Source: Mayamaea pseudoterrestris (lineage: Eukaryota). Taken from it: a DNA stretch of 64,000 nucleotides. Numbering within the stretch: the first letter of the stretch is position 1; the number at the start of each line of letters is the position of its first letter. The stretch spans positions 1,674,001-1,738,000 of the forward strand of contig BROI01000002.1 in assembly GCA_027923505.1 (NCBI GenBank), read 5' to 3'. Below the pieces are notes generated by a model. That model made no database searches. It worked only from the letters and a program-made list of their open reading frames with translations, and was not told the origin of the DNA. The translations under genes and the position numbers were made by a program. Of the stretch, positions 43,916 to 53,764 are shown piece by piece.

Positions 43916-46900
43916 CTCCCCTCGGGTACGCTGCTGGTCGTAGCCGCATTCTTGTCCTTCACAATCGCATACGATGTATCGCCGCGCCAAAACAATACTG
44001 GCTTGAGCAATGGCATCGCATCACAGTACGGCAGGTACTTCGTCAGTACGTCCGCAATGTTCTCCTTTCCGTCAATCTTTACAAACTTGATAATCCCCGC
44101 AGCAACTGCCCAACGGACACGATGGTAGGCCAACGCATTGTGTCGCTTGGACAATGTCGAACTCGGGATTGTAGATTGCGTAATCACTGCTTGGTTGTCT
44201 CCGTACATCCAGGCAGACTTCTCCAATGGTACGCCCATAGCCATGAGCGACGCACGTAGAGAAATGCTGATATCCGTTCCACTCTTTGCTACGCCGAATT
44301 CCGATCCAAAGGTCGCAGTCTCGACTGTAGCCTGGAGTTTGCAATGCCAGTCGACAGGCGTCTGGTTGACAAATGACAAAACTCCTTCCAATGACTTGCC
44401 TGTCACCATGCAATGCATGAGACACGCATCCTCGAAAGTTGATGTTCGTACAGTCACACCCTTTGGTGGTGGGTAGACGTCCAACATCTCATCAACTCCG
44501 TCCTTCCCGTAAACGCTGCGCTCCCAATCTTGTTCCTCCATGGTGCCAAAGTGCTCCTCGTTTGCTGGCCACTTCGTACGGAAACGGATTGCTGCGTCCG
44601 GTAACTCTCGCAAATATCCACAGACTCGCTTCACCCGCTGCAGGTGTCCCTTGCGCGGCTCCACACGGAATCGCGACAGACTCACAACTGCTACGGCAAT
44701 GTCAAATCGACCCAAAGTAATTGCCCACTGAAGTGCTCCGACTAGAGACTGGTAAATCTTCTTCTCTTGGTCGTTCAGTAGCTCGCTTTGGTCAAGTTCG
44801 GGATGATCGTCTTTGTCGATTGGTGATGAGTACTTCTTCGGAGGACCTTCAAACAAACGCTCGTACTGCGCCAAGAGTTTCGCAACGTATGTCTTGGCCG
44901 ACCAGTAAAGAGTTCCGTCAGGGTCTCGTCCAAAGTCACCGCCGAGATGATACTCGGGATGTCCAACACCTTTGAGCTTAAACTTGTACTTCTCCTCTAG
45001 CATCTTGAAGAACGCTGCTGGATCGTCTGAAATATTTAACAGATCGTCGACCCATACACAGAGGTAGTCGTAGCTGTCGCCGGCGTCCTTGATCCACAGA
45101 TCGGAATCGCAATAGGACGGTTTCCATCCTTCCGCAAGTAGGGCGTCGGCTAAGCGTTCGTGAAATCGTGCTCCGCTCGTTCGCAATCCGTACAAAGCCT
45201 TGACGATGACCAGGATGTGTCCTTCGCGCTCCCCGAACTCGGGGCCTCCAACGAAGTATACCTTCTCCTTGGTGAACGCTTCGAGATAAGCATTCCCAAT
45301 GTCACCGACCATGCACTTCTTGCCGTTCGCTTCTCCAATGACGAGAGCTAGACGCATTGCCTTCAATGAGATAACACTGGAGTAGGCATCGTCGTTGTCT
45401 TTCGTCATGTGGCCGCCTGCAACGAGACGTGCCTTGTATCGCAAATCGTGCTTGACATCGTACACAAAATGGACTCGGATCTTCTGATAACCAGTTGGTG
45501 GTGTTGTGGTGGAACTCGGACCAAGATCTTGAAACGTCTCGTACTCGTCCAGGTTCGCAAGCTCCACGCCTTCCGCATCCGTCCACTTCGTGTGCCCTGC
45601 AGCTTCCTGCAAACGTCGCGCTTCCTTCCAATCTCGGGGTACTTGGACTCCAAACTTGTAGCGCGGTCCGTTCTTTTGCTGCTCCATTCGGGCGGTCGCC
45701 ACCTTGCGCGCAACCTTCTTGGCGTTCCGGGCCCATCGGTTCAACGATGACCATCCGTCCTTGTCGAGAAGATTATGCTTTTGCGCGTAGGCTGCCACTG
45801 ATACTTTGTCGCTTTCGATCATCGCGTTGAGAGGCTCCCAAGTCTTGGATCCATCGTCCCATTGTACAAGGACGTTCCACTTGGAATGCTTCCAGTTCTT
45901 CGACTTGCTCGTCAGCGGACCCTGATGGTCTAGAATCTCCTTGAAGAACCATTTACGCTCAGGATTCGCCATGTCTTGGTTCACTTCGGCCTCGTAGAGA
46001 TCGGAAACCTCGACATAGGACATAACTTCATCCGCTTCGCCGTTACCAAGTTTCAGCATCATTTTAATGTTCTGATGGTTCTGGGCGTCGCGATTGTTCA
46101 GCTTGCTCATGACGGTCGCTCGAACTTCTTGTCCGTCGTCCGTCTTCATGAGAAACGACTTGCCGATAAGTTCATTGGGTGCATACTTCGGGAGTTTGCG
46201 CCACGGATTGATGTTCTTCTTCTTTGGCTTGTCGTTGTCGTCATTGGCAGGGTCGTCATCGGCAGGATTAGGATCTAGCTCCCCGTCGGTCATATCGTCA
46301 TCTTCCGGGTATTCCACCGTCTCGACCAAAGGGGTATCGTCTTCGTCAGGAATGAAAGAATCTTCGTCTCTGCTGTCGGTGTCGGTAATCTTCTTGATCA
46401 TTTCCGGCATAAGGATCTCGCCACCTAGACCAGGTACGGTATAGAGACGCGGCTCCCCTTCTTTCATGACGGGGGAAGCAGGTGCCGGTACGCGAAGGTT
46501 CAAAAATTTTGGGTCATTTTGGGGTAAGCAAACCGATCGCGTCATGATCTCGTGGGTCTCGCAATCACAGATGAAGTACGTCAGGTCGTCTCCGCACGTC
46601 GTGTTGGGACCAAGCCAGTACGCCGCGCGCTGGCGGGTACCCGGGGCCTCGACATCCTTGACAAAGTAGTTGACAATTTCAAACCAACAAAAATGCAAAT
46701 ACTTTGACACGTCGGGGACTTGCCCAGTGATAAACTCGATGGGAGACTTGCCGTCCAAGGCAGGATGCGACAAATGACGGTACATCTCGGTCTGGAAGAG
46801 TAAAGCGCGTAGCCAGAAGCATGCCGGAGTGCCTGTTCGGTCCATAAGCCGTTCATGACTTTCCTTGACGTGCCCAATGATGCGCTCGGCTGGGTTTTGA

Positions 46901-49743
46901 TTCTGATAGTACGGCTCCGATGTATGACGACGGCGAATCATGAACTCGCGCATTACTTCGTCAAACTCGGCACTCATCGCTTCTTTCGCATTATCCGAGA
47001 AGACTTCCAACGGAGCTCCAAACTCGCGGATGAAATCACGGAATCGTTTCGGTACGTCACCTTTCGTCCGCATGGGATACACGACAATGATCTGACTGCA
47101 ACAACCATAGAATAGCTGCACGCATGTGCACCCTGCATGTCCGTCGATATGGTCATCCATGGCAGGTTCGTCGAAGAACATGGTGTCATGGGCCACTCGA
47201 TCATCTAGACGGTAGACGTTCAGGAATCGGCTCTTTCGATGCATTCGTGGGGGGTATTGGCGCTCGTGCATGTTGAACTGCGTGCTATGGCGCAAAGTAT
47301 CCTTGATCGTCTGCGCCGGGTACCATGCAAAGTTCGGCAGCAATGCGTCGATATCAGGTTTCTTTGGCAGGATAGACTTGTAGGGCTGATAGACGAGATC
47401 CGCATTGTACTTCTGTACGACGGCACAAACATTCAGCTCCTTCTCGGTGTAAACAGGTTGATTGTCGTGTCCGAGATTCGTATAAGTCACGTTGCTTTGA
47501 CGATGGGTGCGATTCCGCGTACGCGAGCGTGTCACGCGCGTGAAGCCCTCTTCGTCGTCACTGACTTCGTCGTCTTCGTCGCGCGACAACAAGTCCGGTA
47601 CGTCGTCCTCGTCGTCATCGTCATCCGAAGAGTCATAGTCGTCGTCCTCGGTCGGCTCGACGTCAAACTCGTTCGGATCCCAAGGCCCATCGAAGGTCAT
47701 CATGACCCGAGGTAAGGTGTGAAGCTCATGCACCGACACTGGAAACATTGGCAAGGTCGCCATGCCACTTTCCATTCCGAGCATAAACTTGTATCCATCT
47801 GGCGTTTCGATTCGTAACTTGCCACCAAAGTTGTAATGCTTATCGTTGACATGAAGTCCGAAGGCTTCCATCTGCATACTCGAATGAATCGTCTTGCCGG
47901 TTCCAGAATATGCGTAATTATGGAACTCGCCGACGACCCAACCCTTGGTGCTCTTAAGCTTAGCGACTGCCGTGACGGTAGACAGGTCCGGAAGCTTGAG
48001 ACCACCGACTCCAGTGACTTCAATCTTGTGGAACTTGTCCTCGGTAAGGATGCGGCCGTCCGCTCCCCATACTCCGCCACTCGCGCCGGGATCAACAGTC
48101 GACGCTGAATGCTTATCCAAGTCAATGCTCGCGACTTTGTACTTGCGACTCTGAGCAATATTTGCTCCCCGAGTCGTAGTCGTGGGCTGGTCTGGACCTA
48201 AGAAACTTCGCATCGCTGAGCCTCGGCTAGTGTTGTTCACACGTTCGGTCGCCACACTCGCCGTCGTCGCCGCTGATGAAGTGGCTGCGACGTTCGCGTT
48301 GCGTGTTGTACTCGTCGTTTGCGTGGTGCCTGCCTGTGTTGCTGATGTCGAACCACCTGCAGCACTGGCCGCTCGACTCGTACCACGGCGTTCAAACACT
48401 TCGTGTTGCTGATCGCGGGTAAGGAGTCGCCACGTGTTTGGTGGAATCGTCGCATTCACGTCGCTGGGAATTTCGATCGTCTTCGTGTCGGCATAGCTGC
48501 GAACATACGAGCGAGTATCTCCCCGACCGCGGCCGCCGCCGCCGCCTCGTCCCGTGCTCAAGTCGCCGTGACCACCGCCCCCCTGATTGGATTGCTGATT
48601 GTTGCTGCTACTTGGCGTAGACTGGGAATTGTTCGCGCTTGCCTTCTTCGTCTTCTCCTTCTCTTTCTTGGTTTGTTCAGATTGGTTCGCCTGGCGCTTC
48701 TCGGTCTCCTTGATGCCACGACGATTGTCAGATTGACGTGCGACGTCGTTCAGGAGGTTCCAAAACTGGGTGTACGTCATCGGGTTGCCGGTCTTGGACT
48801 CTTCGATCAGCGCCATGTTCACCGCCGATGCCATATCCGCATGGCGGAAAACCGCGCGCTCCAAAATCTGACGCTTCGTGCTTGCTGTAAGTAGCTCGGT
48901 TTCCTCGGCGTAGTCATTGTAGTTCTCTTCCTTGCTGGACCACTGGATAAGCCAATTGACGAGAGACTTGGCGTAACTCGCGTCGAGAGTGAAATTGCGC
49001 CATTCGTCTTCGGCCGAACGTAGATCCAACTTGCGCGCCATCCCGTCGAGGAATGTCGCCTCCAACTCTGCAATGCACGCTGAGGCATTCGCGCTGTCGA
49101 TGTGCTTGCGGACAATGAGCTTGCTCTGCGGTGTCTTGTAGGTATACTCTACGCCGCTAAAGCTTCGAACACTGATACTGATACTCGGCGAATTCGGGCT
49201 CGAGTGCAGCTGGTGCCTTGAACTCGTCGTCCCAAAAGTAGCCAAGTCGCTTCGCATGCGGTTCTTGAAGGCCCGCCAGTAGGAGCAGAACTTGCGATCG
49301 TTCTTGAGCTCCAGCATGGTCTTCAGATCCAGCTTGATGTCGTGTCGTTTCGTCGTGGTGTCGTTGCCTCCGATAACGCTGAAGTCTCCGAAACTGCGGT
49401 TGCCTGCGGTCGGTGACCCCGGTGCTGCTGGGAGGTCTCGGCTCGTAATGTGGTCTTTCTCCAGGTCTTGCCATTGCGCAGTCGTCCGACGTTGCTCGTG
49501 AATCCAACTCATGAGCTTGCGCAATCGGCTTGTTCGTATCGTCGACCACTGGTGCTGGGTCTTAATGTTCGTCACGTCTTGTTCCGACAGCTCGGCCATC
49601 GCCTCCGCAGTCGTGAGTTCCTCTTGCTCGAAACACACTGCGGTAGGGTCGTTTGGATCCCAAGTTGCGGATGCTGCGAGCCACGGAATGTCGAAGACTT
49701 TACCGACGGCACGCTTGTAGGTCGTTACATCAATTGTCGCCAT
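43870..49743 (-). CDS. Gag-Pol polyprotein: gag, aspartic protease, integrase, chromodomain, reverse transcriptase, RNase H
   Basis: VDPGASGG (PR); HDTMFF/SDNAKE/QNPAER (IN); EILDH..LVQWDDGSKTWEP (chromo); YKARLVAGG, GDIGNAYL, KALYGL, WVDD (RT); TFGSEF, GDNQAV, NIADVLTK (RH). Confidence 0.96.
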   Translation of the reverse strand: MATIDVTTYKRAVGKVFDIPWLAASATWDPNDPTAVCFEQEELTTAEAMAELSEQDVTNIKTQHQWSTIRTSRLRKLMSWIHEQRRTTAQWQDLEKDHITSRDLPAAPGSPTAGNRSFGDFSVIGGNDTTTKRHDIKLDLKTMLELKNDRKFCSYWRAFKNRMRSDLATFGTTSSRHQLHSSPNSPSISISVRSFSGVEYTYKTPQSKLIVRKHIDSANASACIAELEATFLDGMARKLDLRSAEDEWRNFTLDASYAKSLVNWLIQWSSKEENYNDYAEETELLTASTKRQILERAVFRHADMASAVNMALIEESKTGNPMTYTQFWNLLNDVARQSDNRRGIKETEKRQANQSEQTKKEKEKTKKASANNSQSTPSSSNNQQSNQGGGGHGDLSTGRGGGGGRGRGDTRSYVRSYADTKTIEIPSDVNATIPPNTWRLLTRDQQHEVFERRGTSRAASAAGGSTSATQAGTTQTTSTTRNANVAATSSAATTASVATERVNNTSRGSAMRSFLGPDQPTTTTRGANIAQSRKYKVASIDLDKHSASTVDPGASGGVWGADGRILTEDKFHKIEVTGVGGLKLPDLSTVTAVAKLKSTKGWVVGEFHNYAYSGTGKTIHSSMQMEAFGLHVNDKHYNFGGKLRIETPDGYKFMLGMESGMATLPMFPVSVHELHTLPRVMMTFDGPWDPNEFDVEPTEDDDYDSSDDDDDEDDVPDLLSRDEDDEVSDDEEGFTRVTRSRTRNRTHRQSNVTYTNLGHDNQPVYTEKELNVCAVVQKYNADLVYQPYKSILPKKPDIDALLPNFAWYPAQTIKDTLRHSTQFNMHERQYPPRMHRKSRFLNVYRLDDRVAHDTMFFDEPAMDDHIDGHAGCTCVQLFYGCCSQIIVVYPMRTKGDVPKRFRDFIREFGAPLEVFSDNAKEAMSAEFDEVMREFMIRRRHTSEPYYQNQNPAERIIGHVKESHERLMDRTGTPACFWLRALLFQTEMYRHLSHPALDGKSPIEFITGQVPDVSKYLHFCWFEIVNYFVKDVEAPGTRQRAAYWLGPNTTCGDDLTYFICDCETHEIMTRSVCLPQNDPKFLNLRVPAPASPVMKEGEPRLYTVPGLGGEILMPEMIKKITDTDSRDEDSFIPDEDDTPLVETVEYPEDDDMTDGELDPNPADDDPANDDNDKPKKKNINPWRKLPKYAPNELIGKSFLMKTDDGQEVRATVMSKLNNRDAQNHQNIKMMLKLGNGEADEVMSYVEVSDLYEAEVNQDMANPERKWFFKEILDHQGPLTSKSKNWKHSKWNVLVQWDDGSKTWEPLNAMIESDKVSVAAYAQKHNLLDKDGWSSLNRWARNAKKVARKVATARMEQQKNGPRYKFGVQVPRDWKEARRLQEAAGHTKWTDAEGVELANLDEYETFQDLGPSSTTTPPTGYQKIRVHFVYDVKHDLRYKARLVAGGHMTKDNDDAYSSVISLKAMRLALVIGEANGKKCMVGDIGNAYLEAFTKEKVYFVGGPEFGEREGHILVIVKALYGLRTSGARFHERLADALLAEGWKPSYCDSDLWIKDAGDSYDYLCVWVDDLLNISDDPAAFFKMLEEKYKFKLKGVGHPEYHLGGDFGRDPDGTLYWSAKTYVAKLLAQYERLFEGPPKKYSSPIDKDDHPELDQSELLNDQEKKIYQSLVGALQWAITLGRFDIAVAVVSLSRFRVEPRKGHLQRVKRVCGYLRELPDAAIRFRTKWPANEEHFGTMEEQDWERSVYGKDGVDEMLDVYPPPKGVTVRTSTFEDACLMHCMVTGKSLEGVLSFVNQTPVDWHCKLQATVETATFGSEFGVAKSGTDISISLRASLMAMGVPLEKSAWMYGDNQAVITQSTIPSSTLSKRHNALAYHRVRWAVAAGIIKFVKIDGKENIADVLTKYLPYCDAMPLLKPVLFWRGDTSYAIVKDKNAATTSSVPEGSDKSQSGEVKSPNPN

Positions 49744-49840
49744 GGTGGAGGTTGATCAGAGGAATCGGACTCGCTGCAGACGAATGTGTCACGATAGCTC
49801 CCTCGCTCGTTCTTGCTCTCGAAGCACTGAAATGTTAATC

Positions 49841-50235
49841 TAACACCGTTGACAATTTCGCAGTCAACGTCTTACCTCCAAAAAGCTCCGATACAGGGTC
49901 CTTGGCCACGGTCTGTACAGCTCTTGATGGAGATGGCTCGTGGAATAGTCTTGCGCTCGCCACTACATGAATACGACTGCACTCTCGTCGCAAACTAGTA
50001 GTTCTATATTGTGAGCTTATCGCTACATCGCTACATCGACCACTCGGAAGATCATCCGATCAATCCGTTTCTTTCAATCACATTACATCAGTCGTAACTG
50101 GTCGTTCCATTCATACAACGCATCCACACGACGGTTGCGCACTTTCTTCATTCACATGTCACATACGACAGCTGAGGACTCGACACAAGCTAATTAGGGT
50201 TCGGGCTCTTGACTTCGCCGCTCTGCGACTTGTCA
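49841..50235 (-). repeat. 5' LTR (395 bp)
   Basis: direct repeat of 43521-43915. Confidence 0.97.
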
Positions 50236-53200
50236 TCAGCCCGCACGTGCCATGACATTCAAACGCCCCTACAGCAAGCCCTGTAGGTGCCCAAATTACA
50301 CCAGAATGGTGCCAACATCATTGTTTAGGCTGCGCTACAAGATGGTATGCCTGGCTGGTGTCTCAGGGAATGGCAATGTATTTGGTGACAACTTATCACC
50401 AGTCTCAGCCCGCAAGTGCCATGACATTCTAACGCCCCTACAGCAAGCCCTGTAGGTGCCCAAATTACACCAGAATGGTGCCAACATCATTAATCAGGCT
50501 GCGCTACAAGATGGTATACCTGGCTGGTGTCTCAGGGGATGGCAATGCATTTCGTGACAACTTGTCACCAGTCTCAGCCTGCACGTGCCATGACATTCAA
50601 ACGCCCCTACAGCAAGCCCTGTAGGTGCCCAAATTACACCAGAATGGTGCCAACATCATTATTCAGGCTGCGCTACAAGATGGTATGCCTGGCTGGTGTC
50701 TCAGGGGATGGCAATGTATTTGGTGACAACTTGTCACCAGTCTCAGCCAGCACATGCCATGACATTCAAACGCCCCTACAGCAAGCCCTGTAGGTGCCCA
50801 AATTACACCAGAATGGTGCCACCATCATTATTCAGGTTGCGCTACAAGATGGTATGCCTGGCTGGTGTCTCAGGGGATGGCAATGTATTTGGTGACAACT
50901 TGTCACCAGTCTCATCCCGCAATGCCGTGACATTCAAATGCCTCTACAGCAAGCCCTGTAGGTGCCCAAATTACACCAGAATGGTGACAACATCATTATT
51001 CAGGCTGCGCTACAAGATGGTATGCCTGGCTGGTGTCTCAGGGGATGGCAATGCATTTGGTGACAACTTGTCACCAGTCTCAGCCGCACATGCCATGACA
51101 TTCAAATGCCCCTACAGCAAGCCCTGTAGGTGCCCAAATTACACCAGAATGGTGCCAACATCATTATTCAGGTTGCGCTACAAGATGGTATGCCTGGCTG
51201 GTGTCTCAGGGGATGGCAATGTATTTGGTGACAACTTGTCACCAGTCTCAGCTGCACATGCCATGACATTCAAATGCCCCTACAGCAAGCCCTGTAGGTG
51301 CCCAAATTTCACCAGAATGGTGCCAACATCATTATTCAGGCTGCGCTACAAGATGGTATGCCTGGCTGGTGGCTCAGGGGATGGCAATGTATTTGGTGAC
51401 AACTTGTCACCAGTCTCAGCCAGCACATGCCATGACATTCAAATGCCCCTACAGCAAGCCCTGTAGGTGCCCAAATTTCACCAGAATGGTGCCAACATCA
51501 TTATTCAGGCTGCGCTACAAGATGGTATGCCTGGCTGGTGGCTCAGGGGATGGCAATGTATTTGGTGACAACTTGTCACCAGTCTCAGCCAGCACATGCC
51601 ATGACATTCAAACGCCCCTACAGCAAGCCCTGTAGGTGCCCAAATTACACCAGAATGGTGCCACCATCATTATTCAGGTTGCGCTACAAGATGGTATGCC
51701 TGGCTGGTGTCTCAGGGGATGGCAATGTATTTGGTGACAACTTGTCACCAGTCTCATCCCGCAATGCCGTGACATTCAAACGCCTCTACAGCAAGCCCTG
51801 TAGGTGCCCAAATTTCACCAGAATGGTGCCAACATCATTATTCAGGCTGCGCTACAAGATGGTATGCCTGGCTGGTGGCTCAGGGGATGGCAATGTATTT
51901 GGTGACAACTTGTCACCAGTCTCAGCCAGCACATGCCATGACATTCAAACGCCCCTACAGCAAGCCCTGTAGGTGCCCAAATTACACCAGAATGGTGCCT
52001 ACTTCATTATTTAGGCTGAGCTACAAGATGGTATGCCTGGCTGGTGTCTCAGGGGATGGCAATGTATGTGGTGACAACTTGTCACCAGTCTCAGCCCACA
52101 CATGCCATGACATTCAAACGCCCCTACAGCAAGCCCTGTAGGTGCCCAAATTACTCCAGAATGGTGCCAACATCATGATTTAGGCTGCGCTACAAGATGG
52201 TATACCTGGCTGGTGTCTCAGGGAATGGCAATGTATTTGGTGACAACTTGTCACCAGTCTCAGCCCACAGATGCCATGACATTCAAACGCCCCTACATCA
52301 GGCCCTGTAGGTGCCCGAATTCCACCAGAATGGTACCAACATCATTTTTCAGGTTGCGCTACAAGATGGTAGGCTTGGCTGGTGTCTCAGGGGACTGCAA
52401 TGTGATTGGTGACAACTTGTCACCAGCCTCAGCCAGCTCAACCTTGACATTCAAACGCCCCTACAGCAAGCCATGTATACACCCAAATTACACGAGAAAG
52501 GCCTTAACATCATTGTTTGGGCTGCGCTACAAGATGGTATGCCTGGCTGGTGTCTCAGGGGACTGCTATGTGATTGGTGACAACTTGTCACCTGTCTCAG
52601 CCAGCTGATGCCTTGACATTCAAACGCCCCTACAGCAAGCCCTGTATATACCCAAATTACACCAGAATGGTGCCAACATCATTATTCAGGCTGCACTATA
52701 AGATGGTAGGCTTGGCTGGTGTACCAGGGGATGGCAATGTAATTGGTGACAACTTGTCACCAGTCTCAGCCCGCATATGCCGTGATATTCAAACGCACCT
52801 ACAGCAAGCCCTGTAGGTGCCCAAATTACACCAGAATGGTGGCAACATCATTATTCAGGCTGCGCTACAAGATGGTAGGCTTGGCTGGTGTCTCAGGGGA
52901 TGGCAATGTATTTGGTGACAACTTGTCACCAGTCTCAGCCAGCACATGCCATGACATTCAAACGCCCCTATAGCAAGCCCTGTAGGTGCCTAAATTACTC
53001 CAGAATGTTGCCAACATCATTATTTGGGCTGCGCTACAAGATGGTTGGCTTGGCTGGTGTCTCAGGGGATGGCAATGTATTTGGTGACAACTTGTCACCA
53101 GTCTCAGACCGCAGATGCCGTGACATTCAAATGCACCATACAGCAAGCCCTGTAGGTGCCCAAATTACTCCAGAATGGTGCCAACATTATTATTCAGGCT

Positions 53201-53247
53201 GCGCTACAAGATGGTTTGTCTGGCTGGTGTCTAAGGGGACTGCAATG
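50236..53247 (+). repeat. 168/169-bp tandem satellite, right arm (~18 monomers)
   Basis: the monomer resumes in register after the TSD; more diverged copies toward 52300-52800 and the end. Confidence 0.98.
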
Positions 53248-53256
53248 AGATGTGTC

Positions 53257-53586
53257 GTTGAGTGGCCATGGCATGGGGCATTTGACTGGTATGAATCCAA
53301 AACGTGGCCATTCCCACAGTGTAGGCCATACCAATGGTGTAGTGCTTCCAGGCAGTCCGTTTTGCACCATTTATGACTTTGCACATGTCTACGGCACACC
53401 CTGGACAGGTTTTGCCCGACTCATTGGGTGGTTGAGTGGCCTGGGCATGGGGCATTTGACTGGTATGAATCCAAAACTGCCGGAGGTTGCCATTCCCACA
53501 GTGTAGACCATACCAATGTTGTAGGGCTTCCAGGCAGTCCTTTTTGCACCTATTGAGACTTTGCACATGTCCATGGCACGCCGTGG
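53257..53586. repeat. ~182-bp satellite, about 1.8 copies (right block)
   Basis: cattcccacagtgtag at 53309 and 53491; aligns with 39524-39845. Confidence 0.9.
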
Positions 53587-53764
53587 ACATGCAGCTACGC
53601 GTACGACGTACCGGTACAGCGCTAAAAAAATGTCGCGGCAAGTAACGATGCGACTCGAATCTTTAGCTTTCCATGCATGCGTTCGACTGGCTCGCAACGA
53701 TGTGGTCATCTGCCGCTTTGCTTCAGTCGTTTCAGTTTTCCCTCCTTTTCGTAATCATAACATA

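Larger units (their letters stand above)
43521..50235 (-). mobile_element. full-length Ty1/Copia LTR retrotransposon (CoDi-like)
   Basis: two 395-bp LTRs; 5-bp TSD TCAGC at 43516-43520 and 50236-50240; polypurine tract GAGGGGAG at 43916-43923 (minus); gag-PR-IN-RT-RH order. Confidence 0.98.

Noticed and set aside
45043..45054. RT motif WVDD instead of YVDD as a sign of inactivation
   Set aside because: Both catalytic aspartates are intact, and near-identical LTRs show recent transposition
40569..53247. CRISPR-like array (palindromic repeat with a variable segment)
   Set aside because: Monomers are similar along their whole 168/169 bp, the variable ~15 bp are point variants rather than unique spacers, there are no cas genes, and the context is eukaryotic
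41227..53376. ORFs of 75-375 aa within the satellite (MVPTSLFRLRYKMVCLAG... repeats)
   Set aside because: They arise from one stop-free frame in the monomer; the mix of 168- and 169-bp units breaks the frame repeatedly
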